Positions 43,395 through 52,362 of a stretch of 64,000 bases of DNA are shown in pieces. Position numbers and translations under genes: made by a program. Below the pieces are notes generated by a model. That model saw only the letters and a list, made by a program, of their open reading frames with translations, had not been told where the DNA came from and did no database searches. The DNA is from Chloroflexota bacterium. Lineage in GTDB: Bacteria; Chloroflexota; UBA11872; VXOZ01. Where the stretch lies: NCBI GenBank assembly GCA_965221905.1, contig OZ244922.1, positions 928,001-992,000 of the forward strand, read 5' to 3'. Numbering within the stretch: the first letter of the stretch is position 1; each line of letters starts with the position of its first letter.

Positions 43395-44612
43395 ATGGCA
43401 CGTATGCAGTTCACAGTCCGCGCCGGTAATCACGAGCGGCGGCATTGTCCGGTTTGGGTCGACGGCGAAGGGCTCGATCCGGCCCGCGACTACGTCGTGG
43501 TATCAGACGAGAGCAAGGAAACGCTCCCCGCACAGGCGGTGCAAACCGCAGACGGTGTCCGTCTGGCCTGGATTCTGCCCGCGCTTGCCGCTAATGCCAG
43601 CCGGTCGTTCACGCTGGAGGAAGGCGCGAAGGGTGGTCTGGATTCCCGCCCCGTATCGAGTACGGGGCAAGCTTTTCGCGGGAATGACGACGCCGTGACC
43701 GTGGCTGACGGCAAGTACGGCCTGGACATTCACCTCAATGGCGAGCTCTTTACTACGTACCACCACGCCCAAACGCACAACAAGCTCTTTCTCTACCCCG
43801 TGATCGGTCCTACGGGCAAAGGTATGACGCGCGGGTATCCTATGGTTTCCGACATACCTGGCGAGAAGCACGACCACCCGCACCATAAGTCAATCCACGT
43901 CGCGCACGGCGATGTGAACGGCGTGGATTTCTGGAGCGAACTCGACGCCCACGGCTACCAGCGCCACGACTCTTTTCTCCCTGCCTTTGGTGCGGGTACC
44001 GCCTTTGTAAACGGCCCGGTCTGCGGCGCGTTTCGCTCGCGCAGCTACTGGGTAAGCCGCGACGAGCAGCCGGTGGTGGCGGAAGAAAAGCGCGTGGTCG
44101 TGTACGCCCCTGCGCCGGACGCGCGCATACTGGACATCGCCGTGACCTTCCATGCTACGGAAGGCCCCGTGCGCTTTGGCGATACGAAGGAAGGCGCCAT
44201 GCTCTCCGTGCGGGTTGCCAGCAGCATGGACGCGGATGCGGATGGAACCATCGAAAACGCGTACGGCGGCAGAGGCGAAACCGAATGCTTCGGCAATCGC
44301 GCCCAGTGGATGGACTATGCAGGGCCCGTGGACGGCAAGACCGTGGGCGTTGCGGTGTTCGACCACCCCTCCAGCTTCCGCTATCCCACCTACTGGCACA
44401 TGCGCAATTACGGCCTGATGCATGCAAACTCATTCGCCTGGCGCGAGTTTCTGGGACACCCCGGCGTGGACGGCAGCTACGTGCTCCCCGAAGGCGCGCG
44501 CCTCGATTGCAACTTCCGCGTCTACCTCCACACCGGCGATACCCAGCACGCTCACGTCGCTGACCGCTACCACGATTTCATCACCCCACCGGTGGTGGAA
44601 GTCGCCAAATAG
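43395..44612 (+). CDS. DUF6807 (PmoA-like annotated) beta-sandwich protein
   Basis: LYPVIGPTG, TRGYP, DHPHHKS, DFWSE, FGDTKEG and WHxRxYGL motifs. Confidence 0.8.
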   Translation: MARMQFTVRAGNHERRHCPVWVDGEGLDPARDYVVVSDESKETLPAQAVQTADGVRLAWILPALAANASRSFTLEEGAKGGLDSRPVSSTGQAFRGNDDAVTVADGKYGLDIHLNGELFTTYHHAQTHNKLFLYPVIGPTGKGMTRGYPMVSDIPGEKHDHPHHKSIHVAHGDVNGVDFWSELDAHGYQRHDSFLPAFGAGTAFVNGPVCGAFRSRSYWVSRDEQPVVAEEKRVVVYAPAPDARILDIAVTFHATEGPVRFGDTKEGAMLSVRVASSMDADADGTIENAYGGRGETECFGNRAQWMDYAGPVDGKTVGVAVFDHPSSFRYPTYWHMRNYGLMHANSFAWREFLGHPGVDGSYVLPEGARLDCNFRVYLHTGDTQHAHVADRYHDFITPPVVEVAK

Positions 44613-44815
44613 GGTTACATTCAGAATGTGTCAATTCCCCATAGCGGTCACTCGCCCCATTGGGCAGCAGACCTAATGGAAAAGTCATTTAACGTCTCGT
44701 CTTTTTGACCCCTACTTTGTGACTGACTAATATGAAGCCAGTAGTGCACAGCTATCAGTCTATGTTCGTGCATAGAAGCTTCTGTGCCATGAGGGTCAAA
44801 CGGGAGAACTCTTAA

Positions 44816-45994
44816 ATGCAGGATGTGGGCAAAATGGGCTTTTTGGGTGAAGTGCGCAAACTCTCCGACAATTTCGCCAGGAGACTTGACCACCTCGATA
44901 CTGAAGAGGCTACCAAGCATGCGCTCGTTCTACCGTTCATTCAAATGTTGGGCTACGCAACTGACGATCCGACCGAAGTAGTGCCGGAGTTTACCGCAGA
45001 TGTAGGAACGAAGAAGGATGAAAAGGTTGACTATGCCCTCATGAGGGAGGGTAAACCTGCAATCCTCGTCGAGTGTAAGACCTACGGCACAAACTTAAAC
45101 CAGAGAATGCAGGCCCAACTACATCGCTATTTTCTCACAACTGACGCCCGCTTTGGCATTCTTACAGACGGTATCATCTATCAGTTTTTCTCGGACCTCG
45201 ATGAAGACAACAAGATGGACCAAGAGCCATTCTTTGTTTTTGACATGCTTGACTTTGGTGAAGGTCAGGTGGTTTGGCTAGAGCGATTCAAGAAAGCTAA
45301 CTTTGGCCTAGATGAGCTTGTCAACACTGCAAGAGAATTGAAGTACACGGCCAGAATCAAGCGATTGATTGCTGAAGAACTTGCAAGTCCTTCTGACGAG
45401 TTTGTCCGGTTTATTATCGGATGTGTATATGAGGGGAGGGCAACTCAAGCGATACGAGAGCAGTTTCGCGCATACATGCTGAGGGCGTTCGCCCAAATTG
45501 TGCATGAGCAGGCGTCCCCGTCACCGGATGTTTCGACTCGGTTTTCTTCCCAGCCACCGGATACTCCGCCACAGGTGGAACCTGATGTTCCTAGTGTGGA
45601 GCCTCCTGCTCCGCAATTGAGTGGTTGGCAATCGCTTGCAACCCTGAAACCGGCAGCCGTGAACGGAGTTTCTCCCAGGCCTATGGAGATACGGTTTCCA
45701 GACAATTCCCATCGTCTTATCAAGAGATGGAGTCATGTTGTGGTCGAAGTCACAGGCTGGCTCATGCGGAATAACCTTCTCCAGGTAGACTCACTTCCCA
45801 TTCGACGAAACAGCCGTTATCTCGTTGCCAAGGATCCCACACATCCATCTGGCAAGCCGTTCAAAAACCCCCAACTAGCAGGACATGTCTTTGCTGAAGG
45901 AAATTACAGCGCGCACGATCATACGGAGAATGCTCGCATTGTTATCAAGCACGTCGGACAGGACCCGGCGAAGTTCGCCGTGCGCTTTGATTGA
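44816..45994 (+). CDS. Type I restriction HsdR N-terminal domain (PD-(D/E)xK) protein with linker and C-terminal domain
   Basis: TEEATKHALVLPFI, VVPEF, KVDYA, VECK, QLxRYF and ILTDG motifs; lower GC. Confidence 0.85.
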   Translation: MQDVGKMGFLGEVRKLSDNFARRLDHLDTEEATKHALVLPFIQMLGYATDDPTEVVPEFTADVGTKKDEKVDYALMREGKPAILVECKTYGTNLNQRMQAQLHRYFLTTDARFGILTDGIIYQFFSDLDEDNKMDQEPFFVFDMLDFGEGQVVWLERFKKANFGLDELVNTARELKYTARIKRLIAEELASPSDEFVRFIIGCVYEGRATQAIREQFRAYMLRAFAQIVHEQASPSPDVSTRFSSQPPDTPPQVEPDVPSVEPPAPQLSGWQSLATLKPAAVNGVSPRPMEIRFPDNSHRLIKRWSHVVVEVTGWLMRNNLLQVDSLPIRRNSRYLVAKDPTHPSGKPFKNPQLAGHVFAEGNYSAHDHTENARIVIKHVGQDPAKFAVRFD

Positions 45995-46052
45995 TTGGTT
46001 TGGGCATCGGACCGGTGGCACAGCGTGCGTGGGAATGACTTGGAGAATTGGC

Positions 46053-46328
46053 ATGTTTCGATCAACCGTAGTTGAACCCCGGGAGGGTTACCGGATTTGC
46101 CTACGGTTTTCGGATGGCGCGGCCGGGGTAGTCGACCTAGCGCATTTAGCAGAACGCGGCGTGTTCGAGGTGTGGAATGACCGCGCTAACTTTGAGACGG
46201 ATTATATTGCCCCGCTCGGATCAGTTGCTTGGGGGCAGGACATCGAGCTTTGCCCCGATGCGCTCTACATGCAGCTAACCGGTAAGCCTATCTCAGATTT
46301 TGTGCCGGGTGCTGACCGGCTCGTTTGA
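46053..46328 (+). CDS. DUF2442 domain protein
   Basis: YxIxLxFSDGxxGxVDL, GVF and W...IELCPDALY motifs. Confidence 0.75.
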   Translation: MFRSTVVEPREGYRICLRFSDGAAGVVDLAHLAERGVFEVWNDRANFETDYIAPLGSVAWGQDIELCPDALYMQLTGKPISDFVPGADRLV

Positions 46329-46521
46329 GAGTCCTGTACTGCGTCGAGTCTGTAGTGCATAGCTGACCTGCATAGCGTCGCAATGTCCTAAATCCTAGCT
46401 TTCGCCGGAATGACGGAAAGGGCCGCAGGTTGCAAACCTGCGCTGCCGGAGCTAGAGGGATGGATGCCCGTTCCGTATTGGCATAGTGACACGTTGTTTA
46501 CCAGAGTCACGAGGAAATCCT

Positions 46522-48234
46522 ATGGCACAAACTGACAACACGTATGCCGTAACGCGAGAAGAAAACGTTCCCGTGCCAATGCGCGATGGCACCATTCTCC
46601 GCGCTGACGTGTATCGGCCTGACGCGCCCGGTGAATTTCCCGTGCTGTTGTGCCGGACGCCCTACAACAAGAGCCCGCATGATCTCAGCGAGGGTCATGC
46701 CGCGCGGGGGTATATCGCCGTAGTGCAGGATGTGCGGGGGCGGTTTGCGTCGGATGGCGAGTTTCGTCCCGGCTTCTACCGCGGCGACACCTATGATGCT
46801 ACGGATGGCTATGACACGGTGGAGTGGGCGGCGCGCCTGCCCGGTTCCACCCGCAAGGTCGGCACCTTTGGCAACTCCTACAACGGCTGGACACAGTGGG
46901 AACTTGCGCCCACCCGACCGCCGAGTCTCGCGACCATGTACGCCAGCGGCATTACCGCGAACCTGCTCGACCGCGAGCTTGGCGGGGTGCTGCGGCTCGG
47001 CCGCGTGCTGTGGTGGACCATAAACTCGCTGGCGCCGGACCTGCGTATCCACATTGGCGATACCAAAGGGCCGACCACCAATGCGGACGCGGAACGCATT
47101 TGGCTGGAGCAGGACCGCAGCAAGTGGCTCTGGTATTTGCCGCTGCTGGACATTCCCGATGACGTGCTCTCCGGTATGAAGCCGCACTTCCACCACTGGC
47201 TGACCGACCATGCTCAGGACCACTTCGGCTTTCTGCAAAAGCACCGCAACGTGAATGTGCCGGCGTTGAGCATGACCGGCTGGTACGATCAGCAGATTGG
47301 CACCATCAAGCAGTTCACCGGTATGAAGGCCAACGGCATGACGGCCCACGCCCGCGAAAACCAATACCTCATCATCGGCCCATATACGCATACTACCGCC
47401 GACTTGAACCGCACGGTGGGTTCGGTAGACTTCGGCCCGGCGGCGGTGCGCGACTACTACGAAATTGCCGATGCCTGGTTCCGCGCCTGGCTCAAGGACG
47501 ACCCCAGCGGCATCGCCGATTGGCCGCCGATCCAGCTATTCGTGATGGGCGCGAATACGTGGCGCGGCGAGAACGAGTGGCCGCTGGCGCGCACGCAGTA
47601 CACCGATTTCTATTTCCACAGCGGCGGCGAGGCGAACACGCCCTTTGGCGACGGCGTACTCTCGCGGGAAGCGCCTACGGACGAGCCGTCGGACGCATAT
47701 ACCTACGATCCACGCGATCCCGTGATGACCCTCTACACCGGTCCCGGTCAGCAAGAGCCCCACGACCAGCGCGCGCTGCAGCACCGGCGCGATATCCTGT
47801 CGTATGCTACGCCGCCGCTGGAGACACCGCTGGAGGTCACCGGGCCAATCACGGTGAAGCTATGGGCGGCGTCATCCGCCCGCGATACGGACTTTGTGGT
47901 CAAGCTCATCGACGTGTGGCCGGATGGCTTCGCGCAGGAGCTGTGCCACGGCATTGTGCGCGCCCGCTACCGGGATTCCTATACGGAACCCACGCTCATC
48001 GAGCCGGATGCAGTTTATCAATACACGATCCAGGTGAATCCGACGAGCAACCTCTTCAGGGCCGGTCACCGCATCCGCATCGACATTTCCAGCAGCGACT
48101 TCCCCAACTTCGACCGCAACCACAACACGGGCCTGGACGAGTATGCCGACGGCACACTGCTCTCGGCTCAGCAGACGATCTTCCACGACCACGGCAGGCC
48201 GTCTCACGTGACGCTGCCGGTGATACCGCTATGA
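46522..48234 (+). CDS. CocE/NonD family serine hydrolase
   Basis: MRDGxxLxAD, RTPY, DVRGRFASDG, GNSYNG, GWYD, IGPYTH and SSDFPNFDRN motifs. Confidence 0.95.
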   Translation: MAQTDNTYAVTREENVPVPMRDGTILRADVYRPDAPGEFPVLLCRTPYNKSPHDLSEGHAARGYIAVVQDVRGRFASDGEFRPGFYRGDTYDATDGYDTVEWAARLPGSTRKVGTFGNSYNGWTQWELAPTRPPSLATMYASGITANLLDRELGGVLRLGRVLWWTINSLAPDLRIHIGDTKGPTTNADAERIWLEQDRSKWLWYLPLLDIPDDVLSGMKPHFHHWLTDHAQDHFGFLQKHRNVNVPALSMTGWYDQQIGTIKQFTGMKANGMTAHARENQYLIIGPYTHTTADLNRTVGSVDFGPAAVRDYYEIADAWFRAWLKDDPSGIADWPPIQLFVMGANTWRGENEWPLARTQYTDFYFHSGGEANTPFGDGVLSREAPTDEPSDAYTYDPRDPVMTLYTGPGQQEPHDQRALQHRRDILSYATPPLETPLEVTGPITVKLWAASSARDTDFVVKLIDVWPDGFAQELCHGIVRARYRDSYTEPTLIEPDAVYQYTIQVNPTSNLFRAGHRIRIDISSSDFPNFDRNHNTGLDEYADGTLLSAQQTIFHDHGRPSHVTLPVIPL

Positions 48235-48374
48235 ATAGTAAGATGATGGCTGCAACAACTGTTGACAGCTTGTGTCTAAAGCGGCTGGTGGCGGGTGCTT
48301 TTAGACATACTTAGCGGTCTCGCCTGTTCGGTTCGTGCTAGACGTGTCATACTTTTGGCGTTAGGCGAGACGAA

Positions 48375-48462
48375 CCGTCCATACTTCGACAAGCTCAGCA
48401 CGAACGGTTCTAGTCAAATTGGGAACGATCCCGTTCGCCCTGAGCTTGTCGAAGGGTGAACG
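48375..48462. repeat. Family B repeats in inverted arrangement
   Basis: CTTCGACAAGCTCAGCACGAACGG ... CCGTTCGCCCTGAGCTTGTCGAAGGG. Confidence 0.85.
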
Positions 48463-48534
48463 AAACTCTAGCACGTTTCCAGCATGGCGAGCAGCCAGTC
48501 TCGTAGGCAAACACAACTGGAGGAATTGTACATA

Positions 48535-48579
48535 ATGCGCGCCCTCTATTCGAACAATCGCGGTGAAGTCTACTCGTGA
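48535..48579 (+). pseudogene. 14-codon remnant duplicating the 5' end of the downstream dehydrogenase
   Basis: MRALYSNNRGEVYS* versus MRALYSNNRGEIYI at 48994; has its own GGAGG RBS. Confidence 0.75.
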
Positions 48580-48681
48580 TAGTGAAAGTCTCTAACCGTT
48601 CGTGCTGAGCTTGTCGAAGCATGAATGGCAATTTGCCAACTTGAAGGAGATACCGTTTACCCTTCGATCCTTCGGCAAGCT

Positions 48682-48919
48682 CAGGACAGGCACGCTCAGG
48701 GCGAACGGTTTATGACTAGGGGTATTCGTTCGGCTCAGTCATCGGCATACACAGGACAGGCATGCTCAGGGCGAATGGTTTATGACTAGGGGTATTCCGT
48801 TCGGCTCAGTCATCGGCATACAAAGGACAGACAAGCTCAGGGCGAACGGTTTATGACTAGGGGTATTCGTTCGGCTCAGTCTTCGAAATACACAGAGCAG
48901 GCATGCCATGGGCGAACGG
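48682..48919. repeat. Tandem repeat of about 70 bp, 3 full units plus a partial one, built on family B
   Basis: GCTCAGGGCGAA(C/T)GGTTTATGACTAGGGGTATTC(C)GTTCGGCTCAGTC occurs three times. Confidence 0.92.
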
Positions 48920-48993
48920 CCTATTGTGCAAGTTGAATGTTAAAACGACCATTCGATTGAGACAGCAGAAAAGGATTGGAGAAGCTTCACATA

Positions 48994-50049
48994 ATGCGTG
49001 CCCTCTATTCGAACAATCGCGGCGAAATCTACATCAAAGAGGTGCCGGAGCCCGCGCTGCAAGGGTCCGGCGTGGTGATTCGGACGCTGGCTTCGGTCTT
49101 TGGGGCCGGTTCCGAGATGGCGGGCGTCGGGCGGCGGCGCAAGGCGCTGCAGGAAGGGCAAGACCCCGGCGCGTTCTCAGAGAAGGCCCACAGCTACCAG
49201 TCCGCCGGAGAGATTCTGCAGGTGTCGCCTGACTTGCAAGACCGCTTCCAGCCGGGCGATCTGGTCGCGGCGGCAGGCGGCGGCTTCGGCTTCCACGCCG
49301 AGCAAGGGTACGTGCCCAAGCACTCGTTTGCCAAGATTCCGCCGGGCCTCGCGCCCATCGAGGCCGCGACCACGAACGTCGGTCTCACGGCGTTCCACGC
49401 CATCCGCCGCGCGGTGCTGCTGCCGGGCGAGACGGCGGTGGTGCTCGGCCTCGGCATGGTGGGGCAGATCGCGGCGCAGCTTGTCCAAGTTACGGGTGGG
49501 CAGGCGCTCGGCGTTGACCTCCATGAGTTCCGCCTGGATAAAGCCCGTGAACTCGGCGCGGCGGCGACGGCCGGAGGCAGCGACGACGAGATAGCCGCCG
49601 CGGTGGCTGACTTCACGGACGGCAGGGGCGCGGACGCGGTTTTCATCGCGACCTCGGCGCGGGTGCGCGGTCCGGCCTCCCTGGCGGTGCGGCTGGTGCG
49701 GGAGAGCGGGCGCGTGCTGCTGATCGGGCGCGTGATCTGGGACTTCACGCCCACGCACCCGGACGCCGACCCCCACACCAAGGAAATCAACATCCATTGG
49801 GTGAACGGCCGCGGCCCCGGCAGCCGCGAGCGCGACTACCTGCGCGGCGAGGCAGACTACCCGTCTCGCTTCGTGCCCTGGGACCAAGAGCGCAACCTGC
49901 AATCCCTGCTGGATCTCCAAGCCGCCGGTAAAGTGCGCGTCGCGCCGCTAATCACCCACCGTTTTCCATTCGACCAAGCCCCCCAAGCCGCCGAAGTCGC
50001 CATCAACCTCCCCGCCGAAGCCCTCGGCGTGGCGCTGGAGTATGCCTAA
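48994..50049 (+). CDS. MDR (zinc-binding alcohol dehydrogenase-like) oxidoreductase lacking the canonical Zn Cys/His ligands
   Basis: GLGMVG Rossmann motif, GRGADAV and PLITHRFP. Confidence 0.88.
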   Translation: MRALYSNNRGEIYIKEVPEPALQGSGVVIRTLASVFGAGSEMAGVGRRRKALQEGQDPGAFSEKAHSYQSAGEILQVSPDLQDRFQPGDLVAAAGGGFGFHAEQGYVPKHSFAKIPPGLAPIEAATTNVGLTAFHAIRRAVLLPGETAVVLGLGMVGQIAAQLVQVTGGQALGVDLHEFRLDKARELGAAATAGGSDDEIAAAVADFTDGRGADAVFIATSARVRGPASLAVRLVRESGRVLLIGRVIWDFTPTHPDADPHTKEINIHWVNGRGPGSRERDYLRGEADYPSRFVPWDQERNLQSLLDLQAAGKVRVAPLITHRFPFDQAPQAAEVAINLPAEALGVALEYA

Positions 50050-50252
50050 CGGCAGGGCGGTCTCCCAAAGGACTTGGTTGGACTTACAGGTATTGCCATG
50101 CCTGAAAGTGTCAGGTGAATCGCTGACAATAGGGAAACGTGAAACGGCAAGAAGTGCTGGCTACCTATCGGCCGCCTTACCCATTTCGTATTTCTGTCAC
50201 GAGCAGTGACAGCTCATGCATCAAAGACGAACGCGATAGACGACACGAGAAT

Positions 50253-50323
50253 CGTCTCTCCGGCGAAAGCCGGAGTCCAGGGGGTGCAGCGAAGATGGAT
50301 TCCGGCTTGCGCCGGAATGACGG
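50253..50323. repeat. Palindromic repeat family A, full copy
   Basis: CGTCTCTCCGGCGAAAGCCGGAGTCCA...GATGGATTCCGGCTTGCGCCGGAATGACGG. Confidence 0.85.
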
Positions 50324-50413
50324 ACTGAGGCGTTTCGTCTAATTCTTTGTGAAACGTGAATAGTAGAGTCCGTCAACGGAAGTGTCAGCACATTCAAGAG
50401 TGACAGCCAGAGC

Positions 50414-50442
50414 GTAGCGCGGGGGCTTGTCCCCCGCGCTAC
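50414..50442. repeat. GTAG-type REP palindrome (family C)
   Basis: GTAGCGCGGGGGCTTGTCCCCCGCGCTAC; partial copies at about 3012, 14853, 18535 and 24585. Confidence 0.85.
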
Positions 50443-50496
50443 TACTGTGGCGAAGGCTGAGCTAGTGTCGGCAAGATATCAGCAGAGACACACCGC

Positions 50497-51822
50497 TTAC
50501 TCGCGATCCGAGCCCCCCGTCTGCTGGTACTCGCGTACGAAGGAACAGGCTTGGTTGACGACAGTAGCAACGTCGTCGCCGCGCACGAGGTCGCCAACTG
50601 CATTGTCCATGGCATGCCAAGCCGGCACATTCCGTGGCAGCCCCCGTCCAGCTTCTAGCGACCGCTGGATCGCCTCAACCTCTTCCGGTTGGAGGTCTGG
50701 CCGCAATTCCCCTAGTCGCGCCACCGCCTCCCTTTCCGCAGGCACTACGACAAACTGCTGCATTACATGCACCAAACCCTTGAGCGCGGTGTAGGCCGCC
50801 TCCGGTTTGGCTGTCCGCGCAGCAATTGCGATCCCCATTTGCGCGTACACTGGCACGCTGCGCACTGTGCCTCGCGGTATCTCCGCCAGATGATAGTGTC
50901 CGCGCGGAGGACGAAACGGTGGAATCTCATACACCATCGCCGGCGGAAACCCCGCTGACTCGAAGATTAGTTTCCATAAGTCTCTATTTACAGCCGGAGA
51001 GACGCGATGGGTATGGATCAGCCCACGGAAGAACTTCAGCGCTTCGATCGCTGCCGGCTCCTGCAACTGGCACTGCAGCGTCGCCGGCTCCACCGCCGCC
51101 GCTTCGTTCTGCCACAGCGCCCACCAGATCCCATACCTATGCGTTGCCAGCCCCCAGCGCAGCACTGAGCCATCCTCCCTACGCCTCGTCAGTTTCACCG
51201 CATTGTCTACAAGGTCACTCCAGTCCCAGCTACCGTCCACTAGTGGCACCTGCTCCAATTCGAAGTAGTCGGGATCGTAGTACAGCATTAGCGGGCCGGC
51301 ATTTAACGGCAAGGCGTAGAGTGCACTCTGTGTTCGAAACTGATCGAGCACACTTGGGAAGAATATGCGGTCAGGTGCAGGGCCATCAAAGCTGCTAAAC
51401 TGCTCTAAGGGCAGCAACACACCCATCTCTCCCAATGCCCTCGCCCGCCCAGGTGACACGGTCACGAGGTCCGCGTCGAGTTCGTGCAGCCACGCCGCAG
51501 CTTCGTCCAATGCCGGTGCCTGCTCCACATGCCGCAAAGTTAGACTATACCTGCCTTGCTTAGGACCGTGCAGGTTCTCCTTGTCCTCCTCAAGTGCTGA
51601 CAGCGCTCGCTGCAGTTGCTCCTCGCCACCGACTCCTCTTGGACTAGCTAGGCCAGTATACTGACTTGAGGCCGCCCAAGTGAGTGCAGCTTCTTGGGGA
51701 AGGCCTGGTACTGAGAAATGTAACCGCGGCACACTGCATCCGGCAGCGAGGACTGCTAAACTTGCCACAAACAATCGGCGTGAAATCACTGCAAACATCC
51801 TTAGTGTTCGACTCTTGGTCAT
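50497..51822 (-). CDS. Divergent extracellular solute-binding lipoprotein, Tat-type (paralog 4)
   Basis: SRRLF...LAAGC; shares EDKENxxGPxxGRY, WALWQNEA, CxLQEP, IAIAART and RGDDVATVVNQAC with the 15.6-20.1 kb genes. Confidence 0.85.
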   Translation of the reverse strand: MTKSRTLRMFAVISRRLFVASLAVLAAGCSVPRLHFSVPGLPQEAALTWAASSQYTGLASPRGVGGEEQLQRALSALEEDKENLHGPKQGRYSLTLRHVEQAPALDEAAAWLHELDADLVTVSPGRARALGEMGVLLPLEQFSSFDGPAPDRIFFPSVLDQFRTQSALYALPLNAGPLMLYYDPDYFELEQVPLVDGSWDWSDLVDNAVKLTRRREDGSVLRWGLATHRYGIWWALWQNEAAAVEPATLQCQLQEPAAIEALKFFRGLIHTHRVSPAVNRDLWKLIFESAGFPPAMVYEIPPFRPPRGHYHLAEIPRGTVRSVPVYAQMGIAIAARTAKPEAAYTALKGLVHVMQQFVVVPAEREAVARLGELRPDLQPEEVEAIQRSLEAGRGLPRNVPAWHAMDNAVGDLVRGDDVATVVNQACSFVREYQQTGGSDRE

Positions 51823-51857
51823 ATTCCCCCAGCACGCTCAAACCATAAGACGGGCGA

Positions 51858-51903
51858 CAGAGCACCCATGGAGGGCAATAGTTCCCCCCATGCAGGGGCT
51901 CTG
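51858..51903. other. Imperfect hairpin between the peptide gene and the lipoprotein gene
   Basis: CAGAGC-ACCCATGG-AGGG...CCCC-CCATG-CAGG-GGCTCTG. Confidence 0.45.
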
Positions 51904-51958
51904 CGCTTGTTCTCCTGCCTAGGCTTCCTGTAAAGCGAAGGCTGAGGTATTCATGAAT

Positions 51959-52279
51959 TCAACACTCAGCTTCGCAGTCGCGAAAGCTATAGAGAGCAGG
52001 GCAATTTGCTCCCGTGTAGCAGTCATTCCCTTCTTGCCTCCAGTACCTCGCTTTCTTGGGGAAAACGCAATGGGAGTCGCCGCAGAATCCATCTTCATTT
52101 GACCGGGCAGTTTCACAAAAGTGGCTCCCTCCACAATGATCGGCACGTGCTACAGTGGCAAAACCAGCAGTTAGAACGGCAGCACCGCCCGCTGCTCGGG
52201 CAAGTCTTCCCAGAAATCCACGTCGGTTCATGCTGGCTTTCGCCAGGCTAATACTCGCGTTCGCAATAAGCTTGTCCAT
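51959..52279 (-). CDS. Tat-exported cysteine-rich peptide precursor (46-aa leader plus 60-aa core with 8 Cys)
   Basis: GGGAGGT RBS; NRRGFLG Tat motif; hydrophobic stretch; ARA|D cleavage site; core ends in Cys. Confidence 0.85.
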   Translation of the reverse strand: MDKLIANASISLAKASMNRRGFLGRLARAAGGAAVLTAGFATVARADHCGGSHFCETARSNEDGFCGDSHCVFPKKARYWRQEGNDCYTGANCPALYSFRDCEAEC

Positions 52280-52362
52280 GGGTTTTACCTCCCATGCTTT
52301 GCATGCATTGCGTCTCTGATGCGACTCTCGCGTGGGGCGTCGTTACACTTCGCGTGCAGACG

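Noticed and set aside
43395-44612. Methane monooxygenase because of the PmoA label
   Set aside because: The protein is soluble, with no TM helices and no pmoB/pmoC; the label is a family-name artefact.
48682-48919. Possible CRISPR array
   Set aside because: The sequence between the hairpins is near-identical in every unit, so there are no unique spacers, and no cas genes are present.
50139-50342. Small ORF MKRQEVLATYRPPYPF...
   Set aside because: Its 3' half is a translated family A repeat and there is no support for a real gene.
51959-52279. Radical-SAM RiPP (ranthipeptide/QhpC-like) or HiPIP
   Set aside because: The only radical SAM gene in the window is lipA, and the Cys spacing does not fit HiPIP. 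The adjacent thiol-disulfide genes and even Cys count favour disulfides.
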